DNA of 64,000 bases from Candidatus Altimarinota bacterium (GCA_046314355.1 JBKBWQ010000001.1:1472001-1536000); one strand, 5' to 3'. Shown: positions 36,039 through 47,150, numbered from the stretch's first letter. Notes: generated from the sequence alone by a model not told the origin. Made by a program: numbers and translations.

Positions 36039-38384
36039 ATGGAAGTTATCAAAAGAGACGGTACCCGAGAAGCTATCATGCTTGATAAGATCACAGAACG
36101 AGTGGTGAAAATGTCTGACGGACTCACAGTAGAGCCTATCGAGATCACAAAACGTGTGGCACTTTCTGTATCAGACGGTATCTCTACCTATGAACTTGAT
36201 ACTCTTGTAGCTGAGACGGCTGCGGCTATGACCACTACTCATCCTGACTACGGTCTTCTTGCAGGACGTATTGCTGCATCCAATCTTCAGAGGAATACTC
36301 TTGAGAGCTTTGCGGATACAGTGGAGAAACTCCATGGCTATACACATCCAAAGAATAATCTTCCATTTCCTCTCATAGCTGATGATGTATATGAAATAGT
36401 AATGAAAAATAGAGAAGTTCTCGACGCAGCAATGGACTACTCAAAGGATCTGACCTACGATTACTTTGGATTCAAGACTCTTGAAAAGAGTTATCTTTTA
36501 AAGATGAATGAAGTAACCATTGAAAGACCTCAGCATATGCTCATGAGAGTTGCTATCGGTATCCACAAAAACGATATCGAGAATGCACTGAAGACCTATA
36601 AGCTTATGTCAGAGGGATTATTTACTCATGCCTCTCCGACACTTTTCAATGCTGGTACGGTAAACCCTCAGATGTCCTCATGTTTCCTTGCATCCATGAA
36701 GGCTGATAGTCTTGATGGTATTTATGATACTTTAAAAGAAGTAGCACTTATCTCCAAATCAGGTTCTGGTCTTTCTGTACATGTACATAATATCCGTTCA
36801 AAGGGATCTTTTATCAAAGGAAACAATGGTATTTCAGCAGGAGTTATACCGATGCTCCGTGTATTTAACGAGACAGCACGGTATGTGGATCAGGCAGGAA
36901 AAAGAAAGGGAGCCTTTGCCATCTATCTTGAGCCTTGGCATGCGGATATCTTTGAATTCCTTGATCTCAAGAAGAATCATGGAAAAGAAGAGATGCGTGC
37001 ACGAGATCTTTTCTACGGACTTTGGGTTTCTGACCTCTTTATGAAGAGAGTAAAAAATAATGAATCCTGGTCACTCTTCGACCCGGCTGTTGCTCCTGGA
37101 CTTGCTGATGTATATGGTGATGAGTTTGAAGCATTGTATACAAAATATGAACAGGAAGGAAAAGCAGACCGAACTGTAAAAGCACAGGATCTTTGGTTTG
37201 CGGTACTTGAATCTCAGATCGAGACAGGGGTTCCTTATATTGGATATAAAGATGCAGTAAATCGAAAATCTAATCAGAAAAATATCGGAGTTATCAAGTC
37301 TAGTAATCTCTGTCATGAAATCTTTGAGGTATCTACTCCTGATGAGACAGCAGTATGTAATCTTGCATCCATAGCACTTCCGCGTATGGTAAAAGATGGG
37401 AAGTTTGATCATCAGATGCTCTATGACGTCTCATATCAAGCGGTCTACAATATGAATAGAGTGATCGACAACAATCAGTATCCAGTGCCTGAGACAAAGA
37501 AATCAAATATGCGTCACAGACCAGTGGGACTTGGTATTCAGGGACTTGCAGATGCGTTTATTCTTATGAGATATCCCTTTGATTCAGAGCATGCAAAGCA
37601 GCTCAATAAAGATATATCTGAGACTATGTACTATGCGGCTCTCAATGCTTCTGCTGACCTTGCGAAGATAGAGGGAACATATGAGACCTATGAGGGATCT
37701 CCAGCTTCTCAGGGAATATTACAGTATGATCTCTGGGATGTGAAGCCGTCAAGCCGTTGGGACTGGGCAGTATTGAAAGAGAAGATCAAAGAAAATGGAC
37801 TAAGAAACTCTCTTCTGATTGCGCTTATGCCTACGGCAACTACAGGACAGATCCTCGGAAATAATGAATGTTTCGAGCCATATACTTCAAATATGTACTC
37901 AAGACGAGTACTCTCAGGAGAGTTTATTCTTGTAAACAAGCATCTTGTAAGGGATCTTGAAGCACTTGGTCTTTGGAATAAGCAGATGAAAGACAGGATC
38001 ATTCTTGCAAACGGATCAGTACAAGGTATCTCAGAAATCCCTGAGGATATCCGCGATCTCTACAAGACCGTATGGGAAATAAGTCAGAAAGTGATCATAG
38101 ATATGGCAGCTGACCGTGGAGCATTCGTCTGCCAGGGACAGAGTATGAATCTCTTTATCAAGGATCCGAATTTTGCGAAGCTTACTTCTATGCATTTCTA
38201 TGCTTGGGAAAAGGGACTTAAAACTGGAATGTATTATCTTCGAACTCAGGCAGCAGCTCAGGCTGTACAGTTTACAGTGGAGACTCCAGCTGCAGCGGCT
38301 ACAAGTGATGTAGAAGAGCAGAAACTTCAGGAGATGGCGACTTCTCTTGGCGGGAAAGAGGATTGTGAGGCGTGCGGGTCGTAG
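36039..38384 (+). CDS. nrdA: Class Ia ribonucleotide reductase alpha subunit with ATP cone
   Basis: VIKRDG ATP cone, [31 protein letters not shown]-terminal CEACGS. Confidence 0.97.
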   Translation: MEVIKRDGTREAIMLDKITERVVKMSDGLTVEPIEITKRVALSVSDGISTYELDTLVAETAAAMTTTHPDYGLLAGRIAASNLQRNTLESFADTVEKLHGYTHPKNNLPFPLIADDVYEIVMKNREVLDAAMDYSKDLTYDYFGFKTLEKSYLLKMNEVTIERPQHMLMRVAIGIHKNDIENALKTYKLMSEGLFTHASPTLFNAGTVNPQMSSCFLASMKADSLDGIYDTLKEVALISKSGSGLSVHVHNIRSKGSFIKGNNGISAGVIPMLRVFNETARYVDQAGKRKGAFAIYLEPWHADIFEFLDLKKNHGKEEMRARDLFYGLWVSDLFMKRVKNNESWSLFDPAVAPGLADVYGDEFEALYTKYEQEGKADRTVKAQDLWFAVLESQIETGVPYIGYKDAVNRKSNQKNIGVIKSSNLCHEIFEVSTPDETAVCNLASIALPRMVKDGKFDHQMLYDVSYQAVYNMNRVIDNNQYPVPETKKSNMRHRPVGLGIQGLADAFILMRYPFDSEHAKQLNKDISETMYYAALNASADLAKIEGTYETYEGSPASQGILQYDLWDVKPSSRWDWAVLKEKIKENGLRNSLLIALMPTATTGQILGNNECFEPYTSNMYSRRVLSGEFILVNKHLVRDLEALGLWNKQMKDRIILANGSVQGISEIPEDIRDLYKTVWEISQKVIIDMAADRGAFVCQGQSMNLFIKDPNFAKLTSMHFYAWEKGLKTGMYYLRTQAAAQAVQFTVETPAAAATSDVEEQKLQEMATSLGGKEDCEACGS

Positions 38385-38454
38385 TGAATTGTAACGGCAG
38401 TGTCCCCTGATGGGAGACACTGCCGGGGAAGTTAACTATGAGTAAAGTATAAAG

Positions 38455-38484
38455 AAAAAGCCCAGTAAACTTACTGGGTTTTTT
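38455..38484. terminator. Bidirectional terminator
   Basis: AAAAAGCCCAGTAA-AC-TTACTGGGTTTTT; additional GC hairpin CGGCAGTGTC/GACACTGCCG at about 38395-38425. Confidence 0.7.
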
Positions 38485-38728
38485 CTTTAACTAATTTTAC
38501 AAAGTGTCTCATCACGTTTTGCTGAAAGTCTTTATTTTGTACTAATTCAGGAGCATCTCCTTTGTCTTTTGCCGCAACTGTAATCATCATACGTACTGTA
38601 CTCTCGACAGTCTGCATATTTTCATTAATTTCCCGGTCAAGAACATTCATATCTTTATAAAGTCTTTTATATTTTTTTAAACATATTTCTCCGTATTCTT
38701 CTACGGAAGTTAATAATTCCTGAGCCAT
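38471..38728 (-). CDS. Small hypothetical protein
   Basis: 85-aa helical ORF ending in the terminator. Confidence 0.55.
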   Translation of the reverse strand: MAQELLTSVEEYGEICLKKYKRLYKDMNVLDREINENMQTVESTVRMMITVAAKDKGDAPELVQNKDFQQNVMRHFVKLVKEKTQ

Positions 38729-38887
38729 AACCGCTATAAAGATATAATGAGTAAAAATAGTGTAAAAGAAAAGTAAAATATGTAAATAAATATAGAAATA
38801 AATTAGATGTACGTTTAATATACATTATATTCTCTCTTGCTCCATCAGCCTTTTTCCTTACACTTAAGGTAGATATTTTAATCTTCC

Positions 38888-39511
38888 ATGTATATGAATA
38901 AAACACTCGGTGTCGTTGCAGTGATTGCAGCAGTTGTTCTCCTTATTGGTGCTTATTTAGTTTCAGGCTATAACGGTCTGATAGGTCTTCGTGAAGAGGT
39001 AAATACCTCTTGGTCAAAGGTACAGTCTGATTATCAGAGACGGTCAGATTTGATTCCGAATCTTGTTCAGACGGTAAAGGGTGCTGCAGGATTTGAACAG
39101 CAGACTCTTGAAAGAGTAATCCAGGCACGTGCAAGTGCTACTCAGATCACTGTAAATCCTGATAATGCAGGAGATATTGCGAAGTTCCAGCAGGCACAGG
39201 GTGAGCTCTCCAGCGCGCTTAGCAGACTCCTAGTAGTATCTGAGCAGTATCCGCAACTTCAGGCAGTACAGGGATTTAGAGATCTTCAAGTACAGCTCGA
39301 AGGTACTGAGAATAGAATCTCTGTTGCACGAAAGGATTATGGAGATGTAGTAAAAGTATATAATCAGAAAAGAAATTCATTCCCAACTATTATACTAGCA
39401 GGACTCTTTGGATTTCCTGAACGAGCATATTTTGAGGCAGATTCTTCTGCACAGACAGCTCCATCTGTAGATTTCTCAGCGCCAGTAATATTCTCAGGAA
39501 GTACACTTTAA
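38888..39511 (+). CDS. lemA: LemA family protein
   Basis: YNGL..WSKVQSDYQRRSDLIPNLV, EQYPQL, LEGTENRISVAR. Confidence 0.95.
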   Translation: MYMNKTLGVVAVIAAVVLLIGAYLVSGYNGLIGLREEVNTSWSKVQSDYQRRSDLIPNLVQTVKGAAGFEQQTLERVIQARASATQITVNPDNAGDIAKFQQAQGELSSALSRLLVVSEQYPQLQAVQGFRDLQVQLEGTENRISVARKDYGDVVKVYNQKRNSFPTIILAGLFGFPERAYFEADSSAQTAPSVDFSAPVIFSGSTL

Positions 39512-39529
39512 TAAGTAATGCATTCTTGC

Positions 39530-40480
39530 ATGAGCATTGAATTCAAAAAAATTATAGTTGTGCTGATGCTGTTCCTCCTCGTGGGAATAGCATCAGTATA
39601 TTCAGCATTTGCAAAGAACTTTCCTGTACCGACAGGATTTGTTACTGACTGCTGCAGTCTTCTGACAGAGACTGAACGGCAGACTATAGATAATAAATTA
39701 TCGCAGTTTCAGCAGGAGACCAGTAATCAAATAGCTGTAGCTATTGTTCAGAATCTTGAAGGTGACAGTGTGGAATCCTACGCAAATGAACTTTTTAGAA
39801 CATGGGGAATTGGAGAGAAGACAAAAAATAATGGAGTGCTTCTTTTATTCGGACTTGATGAAAGAAAGATACGTATAGAAGTGGGATACGGACTTGAAGG
39901 CGTGCTCACTGATGCTCTAGCTGGGCGGATTATCAACGATGAGATTACTCCTCTTATGAAACAGAGCCGGTATGCTGATGCTGTTGTAAATGGTACGAAT
40001 GCCATCATGCTTGCCATACAGGGAGAATACTCAGAAGCAACTCCTTCGCTGTATAACGGTGCGGTAGGATCATCAGCAGATGAAGATATGAGCGGAATGG
40101 TGACTGCATTTTTGGGACTCCTTTTCCTCCTCTTTAATAGTGCTATATATGCGATATCATATATGGCGCGTTCAAAGAGTATATGGGCAGGTGGTATTGG
40201 TGGTGGTGCAGTAGGAATAGCTCTTATGTTTATCTTTGGATTTGGCATGATTACGGCTATTGCTACTGGTGTACTTGCTATACTTGGTCTTATCCTCGAT
40301 ATGGTACTTTCTAAAAATTACTCAAGTCTAAAAGCCCAAGGAAAATCTACAAACTTTTGGGAAACTTCAGGAGGACTTTATACTTTTGGAGGTGGTTCAG
40401 GGAGAAGTTCAGGAGGCAGCTCCTTCGGTGGATTTGGAGGCGGATCCAGCGGAGGCGGCGGTGCTAGCGGCGGATGGTAA
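39530..40480 (+). CDS. TPM-domain (YgcG-like) membrane protein
   Basis: WGIGEKTKNNGVLLL..RIEVGYGLEGVLTD; Gly-rich tail GGGSSGGGGASGGW; follows lemA. Confidence 0.93.
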   Translation: MSIEFKKIIVVLMLFLLVGIASVYSAFAKNFPVPTGFVTDCCSLLTETERQTIDNKLSQFQQETSNQIAVAIVQNLEGDSVESYANELFRTWGIGEKTKNNGVLLLFGLDERKIRIEVGYGLEGVLTDALAGRIINDEITPLMKQSRYADAVVNGTNAIMLAIQGEYSEATPSLYNGAVGSSADEDMSGMVTAFLGLLFLLFNSAIYAISYMARSKSIWAGGIGGGAVGIALMFIFGFGMITAIATGVLAILGLILDMVLSKNYSSLKAQGKSTNFWETSGGLYTFGGGSGRSSGGSSFGGFGGGSSGGGGASGGW

Positions 40481-40541
40481 AGTTTTGACAATTTAAAAAA
40501 TCTCAGCATAATACCTGAGATTTTTTATTACACCTCAAATT

Positions 40542-40793
40542 ATGGATAATAAATGTGACTGCCCGCAGAATGGATATTTACATGTGGATAGTTATGATAG
40601 CAGACTCATTGAGAGTCATTTTTCAAATAATCCTGAAGATAAAAAAGAGGTTGATGAATTTCTTGATGAAAGGAATATTACAAAAAACAGTATTCTACTG
40701 GCATTATGTATAGAGTGCCAAGGATTACGTATAAGAATGAAGTCTAGAATGGATAAGATTTTTGATACGTATAAGGATAAAGGAGTATATTAA
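40542..40793 (+). CDS. Small hypothetical protein with CxC and CxxC
   Basis: 83-aa ORF with upstream TTGACA-N16-CATAAT. Confidence 0.55.
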   Translation: MDNKCDCPQNGYLHVDSYDSRLIESHFSNNPEDKKEVDEFLDERNITKNSILLALCIECQGLRIRMKSRMDKIFDTYKDKGVY

Positions 40794-40852
40794 TGAGTTT
40801 TGATGACAGTTGTAATATGACGTGATAAGGTAAAGAAAACATTTCACACTTT

Positions 40853-41758
40853 ATGGAAAATAAAATAGCTGAATATCAGAAAAGATTGCTTGACTGGTAC
40901 AAGCAAAATGGCCGTGATCTTCCCTGGAGAAAAACGAATGATCCATATAAGATCCTGATCTCTGAGGTCATGCTTCAGCAGACACAAGTGGATCGTGTTA
41001 TGCCTAAATATTTTGAATTTTTGGAGAAATTTCCCACTATAGAAGATCTTGCATCTGCATCCAATGGAGATGTGCTTCGTATATGGTCAGGTCTAGGATA
41101 TAACTCACGGGCATTGCGTCTTAAGGCTGTGGCGGAAGAGGCTGTATCCGTGTATGCAGGAAAGCTTCCAGATAACCGTGAGAAGCTGAAAGCATTAAAG
41201 GGAATAGGTGACTACACTTCGGGTGCTATTCTTGCCTTTGCGTATCATAAACCTGTAAGTTTTATCGACACGAATATCAAACGCCTAGTGCACCGTGTAT
41301 TCGTGGGACTTGAACTCCAAGGATGGAGAAAGACAGATAAGGAAATGGTAAAAGTAGTAGACGAAGTATGTGACTTTGAACATGCCTATGAGTATCATCA
41401 AGCGCTTATGGATCTCGGAGCCACTATTTGTAAAGCTACAAAGCTCCATTGCCATATATGTCCTATGAAAGAGATCTGTGATGCCTATGCTGAGATTAAA
41501 GAAAATCCTTTGGTGGTTGCTGAAAAACGTGTGAGTTACAAAAAACAAGGTACTCCTTTCAAGGAATCAAAGCGCTACATACGCGGAGGAGTGGTGGAAT
41601 ATTTAAGAATCAATGCGGAAGGGGCAGGATTTAAAGAGCTGTATGATCTGGTAAACGAGAACCTACGAGAAATGAATGAAACAGAATTGAAAACTATATT
41701 AGGAGATCTGACAAGAGAAGGCATGATTAAAGAAGAAGGCGGAAAATTTCTACTCTAA
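40853..41758 (+). CDS. mutY: A/G-specific adenine glycosylase, short form
   Basis: RDLPWR, SEVMLQQTQV, WSGLGYNSRA, LKGIGDYT, DTNIKR, C-x6-C-x2-C-x5-C Fe-S motif. Confidence 0.93.
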   Translation: MENKIAEYQKRLLDWYKQNGRDLPWRKTNDPYKILISEVMLQQTQVDRVMPKYFEFLEKFPTIEDLASASNGDVLRIWSGLGYNSRALRLKAVAEEAVSVYAGKLPDNREKLKALKGIGDYTSGAILAFAYHKPVSFIDTNIKRLVHRVFVGLELQGWRKTDKEMVKVVDEVCDFEHAYEYHQALMDLGATICKATKLHCHICPMKEICDAYAEIKENPLVVAEKRVSYKKQGTPFKESKRYIRGGVVEYLRINAEGAGFKELYDLVNENLREMNETELKTILGDLTREGMIKEEGGKFLL

Positions 41759-41780
41759 TAAATACAAGTATAAAAAATTC

Positions 41781-42533
41781 TCACTCATATGATATGAGAA
41801 TTTTTTTCTCCATATTCTCATTTGTATTCCAGTTCCACGTATCAATCATATCTCCGCTGCTCCAGCCTGTTGTGTCTAAAATAATTTGAGTATTATAGGG
41901 AAGATGATGTACTGAGATCACCTTATTTTTTGATGCACTCATAATTTGATACATCACTGAACTAAACTCTCCTCTAGTTATCTCACGATTAGGATAAATT
42001 CTCTTACCGCCTGGCTCTGGAAGTATCCATCCCTGTGATTTTGCCTCTTTTACAAAATTTGCATACCATTTAGTGCATTTACTCGTACTTGTATGCTCAA
42101 TATCATATGTTTTAAACATCATTTTCAGTGCCTCAGCTTTGGTAATAGGTGCTTCAGGATGAAAGCTGCCGTCTTCGTATCCTGAAATGATACCATCGCT
42201 TGCAGCTGCATCGACATATGGTGCATACCAAGCATCGGTATCCATGTCGCTAAATCTCTTTTTTACATATGTTGCTGTATTCCAATTTTTTTCGCTATTG
42301 AGTGAAGTCATCAGCATCTTTACGGCTTCTGCACGCTTGACTGGCTGTGCTGGGCGAAAACTCCCATCAGGGTATCCATTGATTATATTATTCTCAGCAA
42401 GAAAGCGGATCGGTATATATGTACTATCAGCCTCTTGTACATCATAGAACTTGTAATTTGAATGAGCAGATGAAAAAGGTATATGGCTAAATGTAATAGC
42501 ACCTGCTATTAAGAGGGAGATTATCTTTTTCAT
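41781..42533 (-). CDS. SLH-domain secreted protein
   Basis: Signal peptide; IINGYPDGSFRPAQPVKRAE, IISGYEDGSFHPEAPITKAE, ITRGE. Confidence 0.88.
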   Translation of the reverse strand: MKKIISLLIAGAITFSHIPFSSAHSNYKFYDVQEADSTYIPIRFLAENNIINGYPDGSFRPAQPVKRAEAVKMLMTSLNSEKNWNTATYVKKRFSDMDTDAWYAPYVDAAASDGIISGYEDGSFHPEAPITKAEALKMMFKTYDIEHTSTSKCTKWYANFVKEAKSQGWILPEPGGKRIYPNREITRGEFSSVMYQIMSASKNKVISVHHLPYNTQIILDTTGWSSGDMIDTWNWNTNENMEKKILISYE

Positions 42534-42984
42534 GGAGGGAATGAAAGACAAATGTACAATAAATATTAAACCTAGTATGTGCTAACTTTTTGAATTTGTA
42601 AAAATATCATTGTTGACCCTTTAACGGACTTAAGTCCTTATTAAATTTGTAAGAAAAACAATTTTGACAATAAAATTTATAGGTGTATCGTTAAAATCAT
42701 AGTTAATTTTTAAGATATGCAGGGATTATGCTCTGACTATTTTTTCTTAAAGCATTTGTTAGAGTTCGTTTTGGATGCGTGCGGTATTTGATAGATTCTC
42801 ATAAAATTTGTAAAAGTGTATTTTAGGAGAAAAGTTTTTTAAAAAATAAAAATATACCATATAATTATATTTTGTAATGCGTTATTTGCTATTACTTTAT
42901 GACATTTTTGCTCCAAAAAATACCGTATCAGCTCTAGGGCTATATGACTATTGTAGAAAATTTTATATTCAAATTATATTATAT

Positions 42985-43018
42985 AAAAAAAAGCGCCGTA
43001 GGATCTACGACGCTTTTT
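42985..43018. terminator. Intrinsic terminator
   Basis: AAAAAGCGCCGTAG-GAT-CTACGACGCTTTTT. Confidence 0.7.
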
Positions 43019-43027
43019 GCTGATTCT

Positions 43028-44125
43028 TTATTCTAAAGTGTAGATATATTCTCCTGGTTCTGCGATATCCTTATACTGATACATATAGTTTACATGATCC
43101 TGAGTATATTTGTTAAGCTCTGTTACAGAATTACTGATCATATTCCAGGCATTCATAAACTGAACGTGTCCAAAAAGAACATCAGGAAACCTCGTATTTA
43201 CTCCATTCTGAAGCGTTTCACTGACATTATATACGGGCCACCAGTTCCATCCTTGGTTCTGATCATAGGTTCGTGTATCGTAACCATATGAAGGAGAATT
43301 TTGAACTACTGGGGACTGAGGATATGTGGATGACACTTCTGCCTCTACGCGGCGGATCTGCTCAGGTGTAGGAGTGGCAGTTCCAATACTAGCACGGATC
43401 TCTGTCTCTCCGTAGATAGGAGGATTAGGTCTGATATCTGCGGGGATACTATACATATTACTCTCGCTCTCTTGGTCTGAAGTATAAGAAGGATTATTGC
43501 TGCTATCAAGATTGAGCATAAATCTATAAAGAAGTTCACTTGCCTCACCACGGGTAAGCGGCTTATCAGGACGTACATAATCTCTTTGAGGAAGTATATC
43601 TCTATTCTTTGCATAGACCATGTAAGGAAGATACCAAGATTGAAGAGATACATCTCTATAAGGACTCACTGTAGCGTCCACAGTACCAATATTGATATAA
43701 TGTGCCTTCACGAGCATTTTGATGAGTTCTGGAGAAGTAATGATCTGGCTAGGTCTAAACGTACCATCTGAGTATCCAGAAATAATACCCTGGCGAGTAC
43801 CCTCGATCAGATATGGAATATACCATGCATTTGGCTCCGTATCTCGAAATGTGTACTGTGCTTGGTAAGCCGCAGTACAGCATGGAGTACCAAGACTTCT
43901 CAGTACAATCTTAAGAGCCTCTACTCTATTGATTGGCTGATTTGGTCTAAATCTTCCATCAGGATATCCCTGCATTATTCCTTCAGCGATCAGATTATTG
44001 ATGGCACTGTAGTTGGGATGATTCGTAGGAACGTCGCTTGCTTCAAAGTTGTATGCCTCTACTGTGATAAGTGTACTTCCAAAGGTAACTGCAATAAGCA
44101 AGGCGGCAAATAATCTTTTTACCAT
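43028..44125 (-). CDS. SLH-domain secreted protein
   Basis: Signal peptide; GIMQGYPDGRFRPNQPINRVE, GIISGYSDGTFRP, PLTRGE. Confidence 0.88.
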   Translation of the reverse strand: MVKRLFAALLIAVTFGSTLITVEAYNFEASDVPTNHPNYSAINNLIAEGIMQGYPDGRFRPNQPINRVEALKIVLRSLGTPCCTAAYQAQYTFRDTEPNAWYIPYLIEGTRQGIISGYSDGTFRPSQIITSPELIKMLVKAHYINIGTVDATVSPYRDVSLQSWYLPYMVYAKNRDILPQRDYVRPDKPLTRGEASELLYRFMLNLDSSNNPSYTSDQESESNMYSIPADIRPNPPIYGETEIRASIGTATPTPEQIRRVEAEVSSTYPQSPVVQNSPSYGYDTRTYDQNQGWNWWPVYNVSETLQNGVNTRFPDVLFGHVQFMNAWNMISNSVTELNKYTQDHVNYMYQYKDIAEPGEYIYTLE

Positions 44126-44328
44126 ATACTAAAAGCTAAGGGACAAAAGTAATGTTATAGTAGAAAGAAGATGCGTTAATGTCAAATATAGCGGTTAATA
44201 TCAATTTGCTAAATAATATAAATATTTCTTAATAATATTTATTTACGCAAAAGTATAGGAACTGAGAAATGATTGCACGTGTTGTAGGATCAGATATACT
44301 CACTATATTATTCTTTCCCCATTACCCT

Positions 44329-44766
44329 ATGGATCTCGCTCTTGCCCTACAAAATGCTCACTGGCTTCAGGTCGTTGTTGCAACTATTATTACGTTTGCT
44401 CTTGGAAGCATCTGGTATTCTCCTATTCTCTTCATCAGACCATGGCTTGCGGGACAAGGGAAGACTCTTGAGGGAGTAAAAGCAGAAATGGCTAATGGAA
44501 AAAAGATGAGTCCAGCTCCTTTTATTATTTCTATTATATTAATATTCCTCTATACTCTTGGGTTAGATATATTCTTTAGTGGAACAGTACTAGTAGGAGC
44601 TATGGGAGCTCTCTGGGGAGCACTTATTGGTCTTCTATTCGGCGCTACGGCACTTGGGATTAATTACGCTTATGAGCAGAAGCCGCTTTCGTTTTTCTTT
44701 ATCAATGCAGGTTATCATGTGGCAGGATTTGCTATTGCAGGACTTGTACTGGGACTTTGGAGATAA
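44329..44766 (+). CDS. DUF1761-like membrane protein
   Basis: LGSIWYSPILF..W; INYAYEQKP..FFINAGYH. Confidence 0.8.
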   Translation: MDLALALQNAHWLQVVVATIITFALGSIWYSPILFIRPWLAGQGKTLEGVKAEMANGKKMSPAPFIISIILIFLYTLGLDIFFSGTVLVGAMGALWGALIGLLFGATALGINYAYEQKPLSFFFINAGYHVAGFAIAGLVLGLWR

Positions 44767-44771
44767 GTATT

Positions 44772-44809
44772 AAAAAACGCTGCCTCAGATGAGGCAGCGT
44801 TTTTTTTTT
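44772..44809. terminator. Bidirectional terminator
   Basis: AAAAAACGCTGCCTCA-GA-TGAGGCAGCGTTTTTT. Confidence 0.85.
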
Positions 44810-44812
44810 GTA

Positions 44813-45877
44813 TTATCTGATCTTTGTAAAAGACTTCCCATCAATGGTACAAGTCGTCTTCATCTGCCCTGTCATCTCCTCTGTCTTCTTATCAAAGATT
44901 GCGCCATAGGAACACTCTCCTTTTTTAGTCAAAGTAAGGTCCTCTAGTGAAAGTGTATAGAGAGTAGACATACCGCCAGGTCCATCTCCAAAAGCTGACT
45001 CGATTTGGATACTATCCTCATTTATTATTAAAATCCTATTCCATGATTCATGACTCGTTGTTTCTGAATCCTTTACTTGCTGAAGAGTATTTGTCTCAGG
45101 TGTAAATTTAAATAATTTTCCTCTGACCATATAATCAGTTCCAGCAATGATGAATAAACTTTTGTTATCTGGAGAAATACAAATAGTTCTTATCCAGTCT
45201 GGAGTAATTTTTCCATAAAGCTTTAAAATGCCTTCTTTCCCAAGAGAAGGATTCTCTTTCAGCATTTTTGTCATAGCTTCGTCGCTCAAAATCGGCTCCT
45301 GAGCAAGTCTTGCTAAAAGATCATTATGCCATGCTTCTTGAGAGAAATGACCTGGGACATTACAATCACTATAGGCAGCTGTAGTCTTTTCTAAAGTGTT
45401 AAATGATGAATAGAGCGCTGGAAAATTAGTACTCTCACGTTCAGTATTGGTAAATACAATGATATTTCCATTATGTCGTATACGGAGTTCTTCCTTGTAG
45501 TTATTCTGTGTATCTTCCACATTTGTCAGCCATGCGTAAGCTCCTGAGAGGATAAAAGTCGTACTGCCTGTATCTAGAAATTTATCTTCCTCAGTGCTTG
45601 TATCTTTTTGTACGGAGAGGGAATACACCTTATCTTTAGTACTCGCAGAATAGAAATTCACAATACGGCTGCCGCTTCCGGATGTGTTTTCTTCCCATGT
45701 CCAAGTGTTGGGAAGTATAAGAGAAAAGTTATGATCAATGTCTGTATAGATTTTTTCTACTGTACTCGCGATATTAGTATTAGCAGTAGTAGCTGCATTT
45801 TGATTATTCTGATTCGTGTTTACGGGAGCGCAGGATACTAGAAAGAGAAGGAGAGCAGAGGTGAATAATTTTTTCAT
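44813..45877 (-). CDS. Putative lipoprotein
   Basis: MKKLFTSALLLFLVSC lipobox; Asn/Thr-rich linker. Confidence 0.75.
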   Translation of the reverse strand: MKKLFTSALLLFLVSCAPVNTNQNNQNAATTANTNIASTVEKIYTDIDHNFSLILPNTWTWEENTSGSGSRIVNFYSASTKDKVYSLSVQKDTSTEEDKFLDTGSTTFILSGAYAWLTNVEDTQNNYKEELRIRHNGNIIVFTNTERESTNFPALYSSFNTLEKTTAAYSDCNVPGHFSQEAWHNDLLARLAQEPILSDEAMTKMLKENPSLGKEGILKLYGKITPDWIRTICISPDNKSLFIIAGTDYMVRGKLFKFTPETNTLQQVKDSETTSHESWNRILIINEDSIQIESAFGDGPGGMSTLYTLSLEDLTLTKKGECSYGAIFDKKTEEMTGQMKTTCTIDGKSFTKIR

Positions 45878-46038
45878 AAAAAGTGAAAGGGGATATATAG
45901 TAGTATAACGCAATCTGTAGTAGATGGTTACAGTATTTTAATATTAAAATACAATAAAAAATAATATTGACAAATATTTTTAAAAGAGTATAAATCGCTG
46001 GTAAGTTATTTAGAAACAAAAAAGGAGAAAAAGCGCGT

Positions 46039-46797
46039 ATGCTAAATACAGCTTTAATAAAAGGTAGAGTATCAGGATTAATTCCTACAGCAGAACACGT
46101 AACTGCTTTATCGAACAGATTTATCGAACTCGATATTTCTGAAAAGCGCGGAGAAGAATTTCTGGAACTCTGGGATGACCAGAATAGTTACAGTTTAGCT
46201 CTTCCTGACTTTAAAAAACTTGTTGATAACGGCTACACAAAGGCTGAAATCAAAGGTTTACTCGATGAGGTAGCTTACATAGGAGGAAATGTAAAAATTC
46301 CTCTTGTAGTAGGTATGAAGATTTGGGAGATTTCTCTCAGAAATTCAAAAATTTTTTCAGATCTTATCAAAATTGCTTTAAGTACTAATGTACTAAAAAC
46401 AATTGAAGGAATTACTGAAGGTGAAGGCATCTTCAAAGAAGAAGCTGAAATCTTTGCTCAGGATACTCCTTGGGAAGATACAAAAGTATACTTTTCAGAA
46501 GATGTAGTAGCAGGATGGGAAACATTTATTAAAATTTTAGAAAAAGTTTTACTAGGTGAACCATCAATTCTTAAAGCAATACCTCTTCTAAAAGAAGCAG
46601 TGGCCGATGAGAACAAAAACTCTGCTGAAGAAGATGAAGAAGGAGCAGTGGATGAAGATGTTGTACCTGATATTTCAGGTGACGATGATGGTTCCATCTT
46701 AGAAGTTGTAGAAGATAATGATATACACGAAAGTGTTGATCACGATCATGAGGATGAAGATTCATCTGAATCCGAACTCCTCGATGAAGACGATTAA
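46039..46797 (+). CDS. Hypothetical protein with long acidic C-terminal tail
   Basis: AAGGAG SD, TTGACA promoter, terminator at 46805-46830. Confidence 0.75.
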   Translation: MLNTALIKGRVSGLIPTAEHVTALSNRFIELDISEKRGEEFLELWDDQNSYSLALPDFKKLVDNGYTKAEIKGLLDEVAYIGGNVKIPLVVGMKIWEISLRNSKIFSDLIKIALSTNVLKTIEGITEGEGIFKEEAEIFAQDTPWEDTKVYFSEDVVAGWETFIKILEKVLLGEPSILKAIPLLKEAVADENKNSAEEDEEGAVDEDVVPDISGDDDGSILEVVEDNDIHESVDHDHEDEDSSESELLDEDD

Positions 46798-46804
46798 AAT
46801 AATT

Positions 46805-46887
46805 AAAACACCCGTAAGGGTGTTTTTTTTGCATATAATTTTATATATCTTAAAAAATATATAAAAAAGACGCATCAAGTGCGTCTT
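46805..46887. terminator. Pair of terminators between convergent orphans
   Basis: AAAACACCC-GTAA-GGGTGTTTT and AAGACGCA-TCAAG-TGCGTCTT. Confidence 0.7.
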
Positions 46888-46907
46888 GTAACTTTTCAGA
46901 TACGCAG

Positions 46908-47150
46908 TTATATGCCATCCTCAAAGTCATTTTTTACCTTCTTAGTTGTTTTGTTTTGAGTCTGATCAACTTCATCAGAATAAGTACTTTTCATTGCTTC
47001 GAGGTTTTCACCTTTTAACAATGCTTCAAATTTTGCTGCCTCCGGATGGGCTGCTGCTCTAGCTGCAAGTCTTTTTCCTGATGCTGCAAAATCTGATGTG
47101 CTTAATCCTGTATCGAATTCGTTGAATCCGGTAGTTTTTTTGTTTGCCAT
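46908..47150 (-). CDS. Small hypothetical protein
   Basis: 80-aa ORF with AAGGAG SD and TTGACT-N16-TATAAC promoter on the minus strand. Confidence 0.7.
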   Translation of the reverse strand: MANKKTTGFNEFDTGLSTSDFAASGKRLAARAAAHPEAAKFEALLKGENLEAMKSTYSDEVDQTQNKTTKKVKNDFEDGI

